A DNA stretch of 64,000 bases from Candidatus Poribacteria bacterium (lineage in GTDB: Bacteria > Poribacteria > WGA-4E > WGA-3G). Position numbers and translations under genes: made by a program. This document shows positions 31,632 to 40,873 of the stretch, one piece after another; position 1 is the first letter of the stretch, and each line of letters opens with the position of its first letter. Under the pieces are notes generated by a model, which worked only from the letters and a program-made list of their open reading frames with translations, did no database searches and was not told the DNA's origin. The stretch covers positions 896,001-960,000 of the forward strand of contig CAXXLX010000001.1 of assembly GCA_963665235.2 (NCBI GenBank), written 5' to 3'.

Positions 31632-32615
31632 TTACTCGGCGTTTTCAAGTTCTTGGAGTAGTTCCTCTACTTCGGCTTTGAGGGGCTCATTGCGGATCTG
31701 CTTTAGGAGTTTCAATGCCGTTTGATAATCCGCTTTTGCCTCCTGAATTTGTCCTAAGCCCGCGTATGCAACTCCACGATTCTTGTAGGCAAAAGCGTTA
31801 TCAGATTTGAGACGTATTCCTTCATTACAGTCAGCAAGCGCGGACTCATATTGCCCTAACGCGTTCTTTGCTCTACCTCGATTGCTGTGTGCCGAGTCAA
31901 AATCTGGTTTCAGACGTATCGTCTCATCAAAGTCTGGAATTGCAGACTCAAATTCACCTAACCGTATCTTGGCAAGTCCACGGCCATTGTAAGTAAAGGC
32001 ATTATCTGGCTTAAGGCGAATTTGTTCATCATAGTTAGTGACAGCTCTTTCATAATCTTTACGAGCATCCTCTTTCTGTCCAAGTTTCTCTTTGGCAAAA
32101 CCACGGTTATTATAGTATCTAGTGGGATCTAACCGTATTGCTTCATCATAATCTTCAATCGCAGCCTCATGTTGACCTAACAATTGTTTCGCGTAACCGC
32201 GATTATTGTAAGCAAGGGCATAATCAGGATTGATGCGTATTGCCTCATCATAATCTTCAATCGCAGCCTCGTATTGACCCAATTTGTGTTTTGCAATGCC
32301 TCGGTTGGTATAGGCTTCGGCAAAGTCAGAGTTCAGGCGGATGACTTCGTCATAGTCGAGGAGGGCGGCTTCGTGGTGGTAAATTTCGTTTTTTGCACCG
32401 CCGCGGTTGTAATATGCATCTGCATAATCAGGTTTGAGGCGTATCGCCTCGTCATAATCGGCGATGGCAGACTCGTACTGCTTCAATTCACCCTTGGCAA
32501 TCCCGCGGTTATAGTAGGCATCCGTATATTCCGGATCCAATCGTATCACCTCGTCGTAGTCGGCGATGGCGAATTCGTGTTGCTTCAGTTCGTTCCTCGC
32601 CCAACCACGATTGTA
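31632..32615 (-). pseudogene. TPR-repeat protein truncated at its 5' end by a MITE
   Basis: TPR frame continues upstream of the annotated start (YYNRGWARNELKQHEFAIADYDEV) right up to the element end at 32616, then stops. Confidence 0.78.
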
Positions 32616-32893
32616 ATACCATTTTTATTAATTATTCTATCATTACCGGTTGTTAGAAATGAAACGGAGAACGGAAGACACAAACTGGAAGTTTATGCTA
32701 CAATAAAGAGCACAAACTGGAAGTTTATGCTACAATAAAGAGCACAAACTGGAAGTTTATGCTACAATAAAGAGCACAAACTGGAAGTTTATGCTACAAT
32801 AAAGAGCACAAACTGGAAGTTTATGCTACAATAAAGAGCACAAACTGGAAGTTTATGCTACAATAAAGAGACATTTTCAATTAGAAATGGTAT
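32616..32893. mobile_element. IS630-like MITE (TA|ATACCATTT...AAATGGTAT|TA) with six 32-bp REP units
   Basis: TA on both sides, TIRs, 6 x cacaaactggaagtttatgctacaataaagag (32679-32870), arms shared with 4547-5515. Confidence 0.8.
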
Positions 32894-33056
32894 TACATAA
32901 AATATTCAGGCCAAGAAAAAACAGCTATGTTCGCGATAAATCCATCCGTATATCAGGAAAAACTGCCAATATTATGACATATCTAAAACCTATATGTCAA
33001 GATCTTGCTGTAGCTGGTTCAAAATCGCGCTAAGCGGAACGTTATATCTCTACTAG

Positions 33057-34328
33057 CTAACGCGCATCAACGGCATGCCGACTAAACTGTGTCAAATAAT
33101 TACCAATTTTATCTTGAATGCCCCGCGCTTGTGCTGATGAACCGATGTAGTGGCTAATCAAAATGCCGAACGCGAACACCTCACCATCTGCTGTAACAGT
33201 GTAACCAGCGAGTGAGGAGACACCACTCAACGTCCCAGTTTTCGCGCGTAACACCTTTTCCGCGTACATTCCCAGCATCCGATTTTTCAAGGTACCATCA
33301 ACCCCCGCAATTGGGAGCGATGCCAAATACTCCGGTCTCAACGCAAAGTTGTGATAGATATAGACAAGCAACTTTGTGAGCAGGTCAACGTTGAGAAGGT
33401 TATACCGGGAGACCCCAGAGCCGTCAAGGCATCGATGCATCGGGGGGGTATCCATAATTTCACCTAAAAATGCAGTGATAGCTGTTCTCCCCTTTTTCCA
33501 CGTTCCCGGTTCACCGATGACTTCTGCACCGATTGTCTTGAAAAGCAGTTCAGCGATGTAATTGTCACTCGGTTTGTTCATCAATTTAAGAATGTCGGCG
33601 AGGGGCGGCGATAGATGTGTGGCAACACGCTGCGCCGCTGATGGCACTGTGCCGAGGACGACCTCACCTGTCACGTCAACCCCTTTTTGTGTGAGCGTCC
33701 TTTTCAGGAGATGTCCACACGCGAGGGCTCTGCTGCCTGTACTATCATCAGGTTCAATGCTTCGGATGCTCAAGGCACTGAAGTGAAGCGGCCTATCGTC
33801 CCACATCCAGCCCGGCCCCTCTCGAACAGTGTCAAGGTATGTCTCATCAACGACAATGTTGCCCTGGACTGATTTTATGCCGGTGTGAAGCAGTGCATCC
33901 CCCAATTTCACGACATCGTCCGGTTGAAGCACCGGATCGGCGCGGCCTTTGAGATAGACGTTTTCTGCTACCTCCGCGTTCGCTGTAGTATCAACATAAA
34001 CCGTTGTTTCAAACCGATAATCTGAGCCTAGTTTTGCTAAGGCGGTTGCTGCGGTGAGCAGTTTCATCGTAGAGGCGGGATGGTGTAGCTTGTGGATATT
34101 TTTTCCGTAAACCACCTCGCCTGTTTCAACGGAAACAACCTTTATCCCGATGCTTGCTGTTGTGAACAACGCGTCCTGCAAAACCGCGTCAATATCGGCG
34201 TGTAGTTTTTCGAGCGGGTTTGCTATAGCGGTTGGCGGTTGGGTTTCAACCGGTTTCGTCGCGAATATGCCACAACTTGAGAGCAGCAGGACACCACAGA
34301 ATAAAAAGATAGAGAAAGTTTTTATCAT
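33057..34328 (-). CDS. dacB: D-alanyl-D-alanine carboxypeptidase/endopeptidase (PBP4, peptidase S13), lipoprotein
   Basis: Lipobox LSSC; PASTMK, SDN, DGSG.SRYN, KTGTL. Confidence 0.9.
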   Translation of the reverse strand: MIKTFSIFLFCGVLLLSSCGIFATKPVETQPPTAIANPLEKLHADIDAVLQDALFTTASIGIKVVSVETGEVVYGKNIHKLHHPASTMKLLTAATALAKLGSDYRFETTVYVDTTANAEVAENVYLKGRADPVLQPDDVVKLGDALLHTGIKSVQGNIVVDETYLDTVREGPGWMWDDRPLHFSALSIRSIEPDDSTGSRALACGHLLKRTLTQKGVDVTGEVVLGTVPSAAQRVATHLSPPLADILKLMNKPSDNYIAELLFKTIGAEVIGEPGTWKKGRTAITAFLGEIMDTPPMHRCLDGSGVSRYNLLNVDLLTKLLVYIYHNFALRPEYLASLPIAGVDGTLKNRMLGMYAEKVLRAKTGTLSGVSSLAGYTVTADGEVFAFGILISHYIGSSAQARGIQDKIGNYLTQFSRHAVDAR

Positions 34329-34396
34329 TATTTTGCTCTGAAACGCTGAGGAACAAAAAGTACTATTGCTACAAAAAATACAAACGTTTTCCTGTT

Positions 34397-35158
34397 CTAC
34401 CTACTCGGTAAACCTAAAAATTCGTACGGGTCAATGCCCGCTTCCGCCATATCCACTACCTTAACCTCAGGGGGGATGTCCTTTTCCAAAACTTTACCCT
34501 TTTGTAGTTCAATGTTCCAGAGAATTTTTCCCATGTGAGGATCACCAGTCCTATCGGCGACAGATTTTTCCACCGTACCATCTGGTAGGACGGTCCGCTT
34601 CCATTTGACATAGACCACCCCGGGAAGAGTGGGGTAAATCAGTCCATCGTCCCTCATATTCCCGCCAAGTGCTCGTATTCCCTGTTTCCAAAGTTTGATA
34701 TGGACGCGTATCAGTAGTTCCCCTTCTGCGGTAAGTTCTGAGTGCCAAGCAGTGGCGGGGTAATCCGGATAATCCGGTGGTAACTCTGGATAGGGCCCAA
34801 ACCCATGCGGAGAAACAGGAACCTCCTCGGCGTTGGTTTCTGTTTGCTGTGTCGCCGCAGTAACGGGGCCGGTTTGTTCACCGGTGCGTCCGTCCGTCTC
34901 CGGAACTGCATCGGTTGTGTTGTTTATAGGTTTTTCTGCGGTTGGCGTTGGGCTTTCCATAGGTGCATCGGATATCGCTTGCGTCGTCTCTGCTTTCTGG
35001 GCGCGTTCCGCTTGACGTGGCATTTCCGCATTTTCCGCTGCTTGTTGCTTGTAGGGTGCCAGCTCATGCTGATACCAGAAATAGCAAGCAATACCGAAAA
35101 CAATCAGGAAACAAAAACCGCCTATAACCCACCTGTTTGTGAAATACTCACGTAACAT
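34397..35158 (-). CDS. MLREY-family membrane-anchored protein, C-terminal type A (copy 1)
   Basis: Conserved N-terminal TM module; SPHGFGPYPELP...GIDPYEFL. Confidence 0.8.
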   Translation of the reverse strand: MLREYFTNRWVIGGFCFLIVFGIACYFWYQHELAPYKQQAAENAEMPRQAERAQKAETTQAISDAPMESPTPTAEKPINNTTDAVPETDGRTGEQTGPVTAATQQTETNAEEVPVSPHGFGPYPELPPDYPDYPATAWHSELTAEGELLIRVHIKLWKQGIRALGGNMRDDGLIYPTLPGVVYVKWKRTVLPDGTVEKSVADRTGDPHMGKILWNIELQKGKVLEKDIPPEVKVVDMAEAGIDPYEFLGLPSR

Positions 35159-35178
35159 GTTTGTGCCTCCTTTACGTC

Positions 35179-35328
35179 TAAGACGTTAATTTTGTACCAA
35201 AAGCCCAATAAAAAAATGATTTTTTTGGAAAAAAGGTGCTAATTACAGGAAATGCAGAAGTCTGAAGCAGTTGTTATTGATTCATGATACCAAAAAATGT
35301 AAGAATAAATCAACCCAAAAGCGGCACC
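35179..35328 (-). promoter_or_regulatory. Conserved ~150-bp upstream module with putative ECF promoter (copy 1)
   Basis: GGGCTTTTGGTACAAAATTAACGTCTTA; module repeated at 37212-37362, 41744-41892 and partly at 42170-42220. Confidence 0.7.
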
Positions 35329-35517
35329 GGGGGACCATGATAGACATAGGACGACATAATGTGGCAGTGTGCGTTCTATATCTGGCATCCCCTCTCGGAA
35401 GGTGTTTCTACGGGATGAGGTGAATTGTCAACGGCAGCAGAAGGCTTTTGAAGGAAAAGGCATGGCGGGGACGGCGGGTGTGGGCGAAAAGAAACAGGCA
35501 GGTAACGCGATGGAGAA

Positions 35518-35549
35518 AGAGGCATCTGTGATAAGGGACACAGATGCCC
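35518..35549 (-). terminator. Probable terminator hairpin
   Basis: ggcatctgtg...cacagatgcc stem followed by a pyrimidine tract on the minus strand. Confidence 0.45.
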
Positions 35550-35689
35550 CTGGTATCACTGCAATTGAAGCATCAGTAGGCTATATGACTACATAAACGC
35601 ACATTATGAAATCTTTGATTTTTCATATTGCGCGTCTTTGGTGGTCTGAGACGACAGACAGCATCGTCATCATCGTCACCTTTGTTACT

Positions 35690-36421
35690 CTAATCCGCAT
35701 CTCCCTCATGCGCTTTATTATGTTCTGTGGGGTCGGGGAAATTCCACGCATTTGCATAAGCCTTGTTGGACAGAGCAGGACGGTACTTGTCTACTAAAAC
35801 CCATTTGGGATAAGGATCGTAATAAGACGGATCCCAAGGTTTGGGTGCAATATCAGGATTAATAGGGTCGACCTTTATCCACTCCTGCCAATTTTTTTCA
35901 GGACTGGCTCCGTTGATATCGCCCCATGCAGTGCATTGGGATAAATCCGTGTCTGCTTGTATATCTGCCCAACTTCCGTATCGGGCTTTGTCAGCAGCTG
36001 CCCATTCTTCATCGTTCTCAGCTAGACTTATGCTATCCTCTGCTTTTACCTTTCTCTTTACGTATCCAGCCCACGTTTCACGTGGTTCGTGATCTTCATC
36101 ATTAGGCACCCAGGCGTAGCACTCGTACTCGCCTTCGTAATCATCGATGTCCCGCGCATCTCCTAATACTTTGGCATACGCCTCATATTCTATACCGTAG
36201 CCGTTAAAGAATGCATCGATGGCGTTTCGTATGCCACGTTCTCCGGGATACTCTATATTCACGTCAATGTAGGCTTCGGCGGATAAGACACCATCGGCAT
36301 CGATTGAGGTGCATTTTCCCTAATGCTGTTTCACGTTTCTCTTTTGTTGATCCGCCAAAAGCACAGTGGCAGAGCTCCCTATCATCACAAAAATGAGTGT
36401 GTAAATTATAAAACGTTTCAT
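35690..36421 (-). pseudogene. Secreted partner protein of MLREY copy 2 with one in-frame TAG (36320-36322)
   Basis: GGAGG RBS + MKRFIIYTLIFVMIGSSATVLLA signal peptide in frame with ORF 35690-36262; a single stop between them. Confidence 0.7.
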
Positions 36422-36432
36422 AATCATCCTCC

Positions 36433-37191
36433 CTATTTGGGTAAATCAAGGAAGGTATAGGGGTCTATACCACCCTCTTCATAAGGTATCAGTTTGATAC
36501 CGGGAAAGTCAGACGCTGTGACACTTTCACGCCGTCGTTTCTTTTCTTGTTCGATTGTTTCCATATCATCATCGGGATGTCCGAGCACATCGCGTAGATA
36601 ACGTCTGCCTCTGGATGTCTCGCCCCATCTTACATAGCAGACCCCTTTGATGATAGGGTATACCAAGCCATTGCTCATAACAGTTCCTTCTACCGGAACC
36701 CCTTGTTTCAGAAGTTTTATCCTAACACGTATCATCAACTCGGATTCAGCACTCTTGCGTGGCCATGTAATAGGTCCAAATCCTTCGGGTAATTCGGGAT
36801 AGGGTCCGAAACCGTAAGGGGAGATGAGCGCATTTTTAGGAACTGGTATAGGTGGTGGTTTCGGCCCGATATAGATGTCGTCTGTTAGGAAAAACCCTTT
36901 GTCTTCTGTCTCGTTCCTGTTTGTTTCCTCTTGTGAGCCTATATCGGGGTTTCTGTTTTTCTCTGTAGTTGACGTTGTGCTTTCCATAGGTGCATCAGCG
37001 GTCGGTTTCGCATCGCGGTCTGTATCGGATTTTTGGAGGTCCGCTTGGCGTAGCATTTCCGCGGTTTCTGCTTTTGATTGTTCGTAGGGTGCCAGTTCAT
37101 GCTGATACCAGAAATAGCAAGCAATACCGAAAACAGTAAGGAAACAAAAACCACCTATAACCCACCTATTTGTGAAATACTCACGTAACAT
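36433..37191 (-). CDS. MLREY-family membrane-anchored protein, type A (copy 2)
   Basis: Same N-terminus; SPYGFGPYPELP...GIDPYTFL. Confidence 0.8.
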   Translation of the reverse strand: MLREYFTNRWVIGGFCFLTVFGIACYFWYQHELAPYEQSKAETAEMLRQADLQKSDTDRDAKPTADAPMESTTSTTEKNRNPDIGSQEETNRNETEDKGFFLTDDIYIGPKPPPIPVPKNALISPYGFGPYPELPEGFGPITWPRKSAESELMIRVRIKLLKQGVPVEGTVMSNGLVYPIIKGVCYVRWGETSRGRRYLRDVLGHPDDDMETIEQEKKRRRESVTASDFPGIKLIPYEEGGIDPYTFLDLPK

Positions 37192-37211
37192 TTTGGTTCC
37201 TCCTCTACGCC

Positions 37212-37362
37212 TAAGACGTTAATTTTGTGCCAAAGACCCCATAAAAGATGATTTTTTTTGGAAAAAAGGTGCTAATTACAGGAAATGCAGAAGTCTGAAG
37301 CAGTTGTTATTGGTTCATGATACCAAAAAATGTAAAAATAAATCAACCCAAAAGTGGCACCG
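37212..37362 (-). promoter_or_regulatory. Conserved upstream module with putative ECF promoter (copy 2)
   Basis: GGGGTC-16 bp-CGTCTTA then GGAGG RBS. Confidence 0.7.
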
Positions 37363-37606
37363 TGGTATACATAGGATAGCATTCGGAGAGTGCCCATTAC
37401 CTTTTTAATGTGGCAGCGTGCGTTTTGTCTCTATATCTGGCATCCCTTCGCGGAGCGCGTTGCCACGGGATGAGGCGCATTGTTAATGGCAGCTGAAGAC
37501 TTTTGAAGGAAAAGGCGCGGCGAGTGCAAGTAAAAAGAAAAGCAGGTCCCTCCGCTAGCAGGGGAGAGTAAGGGAGGGACTTGCTTTTGAAATCAATGAT
37601 GGGTTC

Positions 37607-38557
37607 CTAAAAATTAAAATACCACCACTCAGGATGTCCACAAGGACTATTATAACAAATCCATGAAAAACCAGAGGCAATGCAACCGTTTCCATAACAA
37701 ACGTAGGAATGATAATGTGTGCCTGGCACCTCATAACCGTGTCCAGCATCGGCATCGGCAGGACAGAGCGGTACCCGGCTGGTTCCATAAAGACCTATAT
37801 TTGGAACAGCACACTTGGTCCCTGTTGGAAACTCGTCCTCTGAGCGGATCTCAATTGTGAACGATTCAGTTGGTTCTTGGACCACACCGGGAAATCCCTG
37901 GGGTGCAGTGACACTCCCTGCCGCATAATTTAATGAAAAACTAAAACCTGCTCCACCTGCTCCACCGCCTGCACCACCGCCATGTTCCGACACTGCTGCA
38001 CCATACGCCGTTACACTATAGGTAATTGTTTGTGGCTCATCCACTATATAATAACTTGACGCACTACAAGACACAGAACCCGTAGCGTCTCCGCCGTTTT
38101 TTTGATAAATGGTCTTATCGTTCACATCACCAAGATGGTGTGTCCATCCAGCAGTGCTCTCGACTTTTCCCATACATGCAACATGCCCCTTGAAAGAATC
38201 TGCGCGGGTTGCATCAAGACGGCCGGTAGCATAAAAATCCACTTTGACTTTCTTTTTAAAAAACTCCTTGTCTTTATCAGGCAGGAAGTCTTTTGGTTCA
38301 TCAAACGACTCATACTGACCTGTGTCGATATTCTTAAGATACTGATAACCAATATTGTGCCATCGATGAACGGTACCGACAGTTGAATAATTAGAGCCCT
38401 CATCGCGTGTGCCGAACGTATAATAATACCCCGGGGTAACGTCCGTACTGTCACTTATTACGGGCCCAGGGCCGACATCTTGTGATTGTACGTTGTCAAT
38501 AACTATAAATCCTATCATAAAAATGGACAGGGTGAATATCAAAAACTTAAATTTCAT
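37607..38557 (-). CDS. Secreted partner protein of MLREY copy 3, Cys-rich C-terminus
   Basis: Signal peptide MKFKFLIFTLSIF; TVG.V.RW..IGYQ.L.N..TG and W.CYNSPCG shared with the 43315 gene. Confidence 0.75.
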   Translation of the reverse strand: MKFKFLIFTLSIFMIGFIVIDNVQSQDVGPGPVISDSTDVTPGYYYTFGTRDEGSNYSTVGTVHRWHNIGYQYLKNIDTGQYESFDEPKDFLPDKDKEFFKKKVKVDFYATGRLDATRADSFKGHVACMGKVESTAGWTHHLGDVNDKTIYQKNGGDATGSVSCSASSYYIVDEPQTITYSVTAYGAAVSEHGGGAGGGAGGAGFSFSLNYAAGSVTAPQGFPGVVQEPTESFTIEIRSEDEFPTGTKCAVPNIGLYGTSRVPLCPADADAGHGYEVPGTHYHSYVCYGNGCIASGFSWICYNSPCGHPEWWYFNF

Positions 38558-39821
38558 CAAAATCTTCGGATTGGAAACCCCCAGCATTTATGCGGGGGAG
38601 GAAAATCCGCCTTTATAGTTGAAGTTCAAGCGTGTTAGCACTTGAAAATCCGTGCGTTTTGCCCCCGTTGTTAATCGGTGTCCATCTTTTGAATAGACAG
38701 AGAATAGTCCTTTAGCATTAACACCCGCAAGGCGTGTTAATCCGTATTTGTTGTGCTTTATTAATGTGTTTTTAACAAGTCCATCGCCTAATAAGGTGCC
38801 ACCATATCGCGGGCGATTGCCACCTTTCTGCGGATTTTGTCTGTGGAGTTGTCGCCTGCGTATCGGTATCGGTGAGATACAGAATATATCGGTATTGTCG
38901 GGTATCTCTAAACCGCCCACGGTGTGATAGGCCAAGCACCAACTATCAACGCAATGTGCCTCAAAGGTTTCAGCTAACTTCTTTGACGACTTGTTGAGAC
39001 CCAGACGCTCGCGTATCTCTTTGGTTTCAAACCCTTGTATCGTCAGGAGTTCCCATCGCTTTTCTACCTCTGAATAGAACCAATGCTTGCCCACTTCCAA
39101 AGGACTGAAGGCCTGATTCCACTGCTTTTGATACTGTTTTGTCCGCGCCTTAATATCCTCAACACAGACGTGTGTAACAGGATAGAGTTTAGACAACCAA
39201 TCTAATATGCGAAGTTTCCAATCCCATCTTGCACGTGTGCCTGCAGGGATACGCTTCCGGTTCGACAGGTTGTGCTGCTTCTTTTTTCGATTCGGGCATT
39301 TCCGTGTGCGTCTGCTTCTCCGCAACGTCCGACGCTTCTCGATTTTCTTTCCAACCTTGTTGTGAGCGTCTGCTTGCACATTTAGGTAGGTATGTGCCTC
39401 GCTCTTGACGGTAAAGCCTTCCTTCTTACTGCCGGGGTCTACGCCTACGCATATCTGTTGGAAGTATCTATCCGAAGGGTCGGCGTTAAGGCGCACACAA
39501 AAAACGCCATTCTTCCAAAACGGTGTGGCTTTCTTGTCTCGTATCCACTTCCTTGCCCGCGAAGGCTTTGTCGGCATCAGTGGATTTTGGTTTTTGTCAA
39601 CGACAGGAACAAACATAGTTTGTAATTCTCCGTAGAGTTTGTATTTCCCCATCCAGATCGGTATATCAGCGTTTACATCGGACTTGGGGAGCATCCGAAA
39701 CACCTTTGTGCACCACCACAGATATACCGATATATTACTGTAGTGAAGAACTTAATCTTTGACAGGGAACGTGTGGTTACGCTATGTCAAAGCACCCATG
39801 CTTTAGCAGGGTGATCTTTAC
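38558..39821 (-). mobile_element. IS200/IS605-family IsrB (OMEGA) element
   Basis: 5' end GTAAAGATCACCCTGC-TAAA-GCATGGGTG hairpin; 3' hairpin CCCCCGCA-TAAA-TGCTGGGGG; removing the element rejoins the RBS to the ATG. Confidence 0.82.
38588..39616 (-). CDS. isrB: IsrB RNA-guided nickase (IscB homolog lacking HNH), 342 aa
   Basis: N-terminal PLMP, RuvC-I GVDPG, Arg-rich bridge helix RRTLRRSRRTR, RuvC-II VED, RuvC-III HCVD; no CxxC/HNH insert; GGAG RBS before ATG 39616. Confidence 0.88.
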   Translation of the reverse strand: MFVPVVDKNQNPLMPTKPSRARKWIRDKKATPFWKNGVFCVRLNADPSDRYFQQICVGVDPGSKKEGFTVKSEAHTYLNVQADAHNKVGKKIEKRRTLRRSRRTRKCPNRKKKQHNLSNRKRIPAGTRARWDWKLRILDWLSKLYPVTHVCVEDIKARTKQYQKQWNQAFSPLEVGKHWFYSEVEKRWELLTIQGFETKEIRERLGLNKSSKKLAETFEAHCVDSWCLAYHTVGGLEIPDNTDIFCISPIPIRRRQLHRQNPQKGGNRPRYGGTLLGDGLVKNTLIKHNKYGLTRLAGVNAKGLFSVYSKDGHRLTTGAKRTDFQVLTRLNFNYKGGFSSPA

Positions 39822-39841
39822 TTTATTCCTCCTTTGGCACA
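39630..39841 (-). ncRNA. Putative omegaRNA (scaffold ~39630-39821 plus 5' guide ~39822-39841)
   Basis: Position upstream of isrB; terminal hairpin; gtatatc/gatatac and cgga...tccg pairings; GGATGCTCCCCAAGTCC resembles the conserved omegaRNA core; boundaries approximate. Confidence 0.7.
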
Positions 39842-39885
39842 GGATGCGCCATTTTTTCTCCTGAAAACAGGATATTCTAGCAGAC

Positions 39886-40833
39886 CTATTCTGGCACTCG
39901 CGCGTTAAATAATCTATTTCTCCATTGACGCGAAATTTTTGCGGCTTCTGATTCCCGCTCTATTGTTATGCCGAGTTCTATTTCAATCTCATCAAGGATT
40001 TCCTCAACGACAACGTCAGTACGTCTGAGTGTCCGTTGGGGTGAGCGTGTCGCTGCGTTCAGTGCTTCGCTCATAAGGTGCCTTTCGTTCTCTCTATCCG
40101 CCTCAGTTACCGGCCTGTCGTAATAGACAGAAGACGTGGCTATTGCGGTAGGTCCGTAAGTCTTTTCACGGAGTTCCATATACCATTCTTGTGCCAGCTC
40201 ACAAACTTCGGGAGGATAAGCAAGCATCTGATGTGGGTGTCCCCCGGCAGCAATGAAACTTGCTACAGATTCTTGATTATCTTTAATAAACCCAAGAGCG
40301 GTGTAACGTTCATATTCCGCGTCCGTGAGTTGGTGAAATTGGTTGTATTGGGGCGGTCCCTGTTTCACCTTAATGATAGGCACATTATTTGGGACAAGTT
40401 CCCACACACCTGTCTCTTTATTAAAATCGTGATGGTATCCCTCCGGGGGTGGAGTTAATCCCCGTTCTGCAAAAAATGCGCGCTTTACTGCATCTCGCGT
40501 TGTCTGAGGAAGTTTAGCATACTCCTCTTTGGACAAATTGTATAACGCTTTCCAATTGACGGGCCAGTCCGCATCTTCTGGCCACTCTATCGTGATATCC
40601 TCCAATTTGAGAGGTGTTTTTTCTGCGGTTGGCGTTGTGCTTTCCAAGGGAGCACCGGCGGTCGGTTCCGCTTGGGTGCGTTCCGCTTGGCGTATCAGTT
40701 CTGCGGTTTCTGCTTCTGATTGTTCGTAGGGAGCCAGCTCATGCTGGTACCAGAAATAGCAAGCAATACCGAAAACAATCAGGAAACAAAAACCACCTAT
40801 AACCCACCTATTTGTGAAATACTCACGTAACAT
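39886..40833 (-). CDS. MLREY-family membrane-anchored protein, C-terminal type B (copy 3)
   Basis: Same N-terminus (AAGGAG RBS, ATG 40833); ITIEWPE.ADWPVNWK, HQLTD.EYERY, ILDEIE.ELGITIERE. Confidence 0.8.
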   Translation of the reverse strand: MLREYFTNRWVIGGFCFLIVFGIACYFWYQHELAPYEQSEAETAELIRQAERTQAEPTAGAPLESTTPTAEKTPLKLEDITIEWPEDADWPVNWKALYNLSKEEYAKLPQTTRDAVKRAFFAERGLTPPPEGYHHDFNKETGVWELVPNNVPIIKVKQGPPQYNQFHQLTDAEYERYTALGFIKDNQESVASFIAAGGHPHQMLAYPPEVCELAQEWYMELREKTYGPTAIATSSVYYDRPVTEADRENERHLMSEALNAATRSPQRTLRRTDVVVEEILDEIEIELGITIERESEAAKISRQWRNRLFNARVPE

Positions 40834-40873
40834 GTTCGTTTCTCCTTTATGCCCGCGCAGGACATATTTGTCA

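Noticed and set aside
36320-36322. Pyrrolysine or recoded TAG
   Set aside because: Many other genes here end in TAG and no pyl genes are visible; a nonsense mutation or sequencing error is simpler.
38588-39703. IscB/Cas9 or TnpB, and the longer 371-aa start
   Set aside because: There is no HNH/CxxC insert and PLMP is N-terminal, so it is IsrB; the upstream extension overlaps the omegaRNA and the RBS favours ATG 39616.
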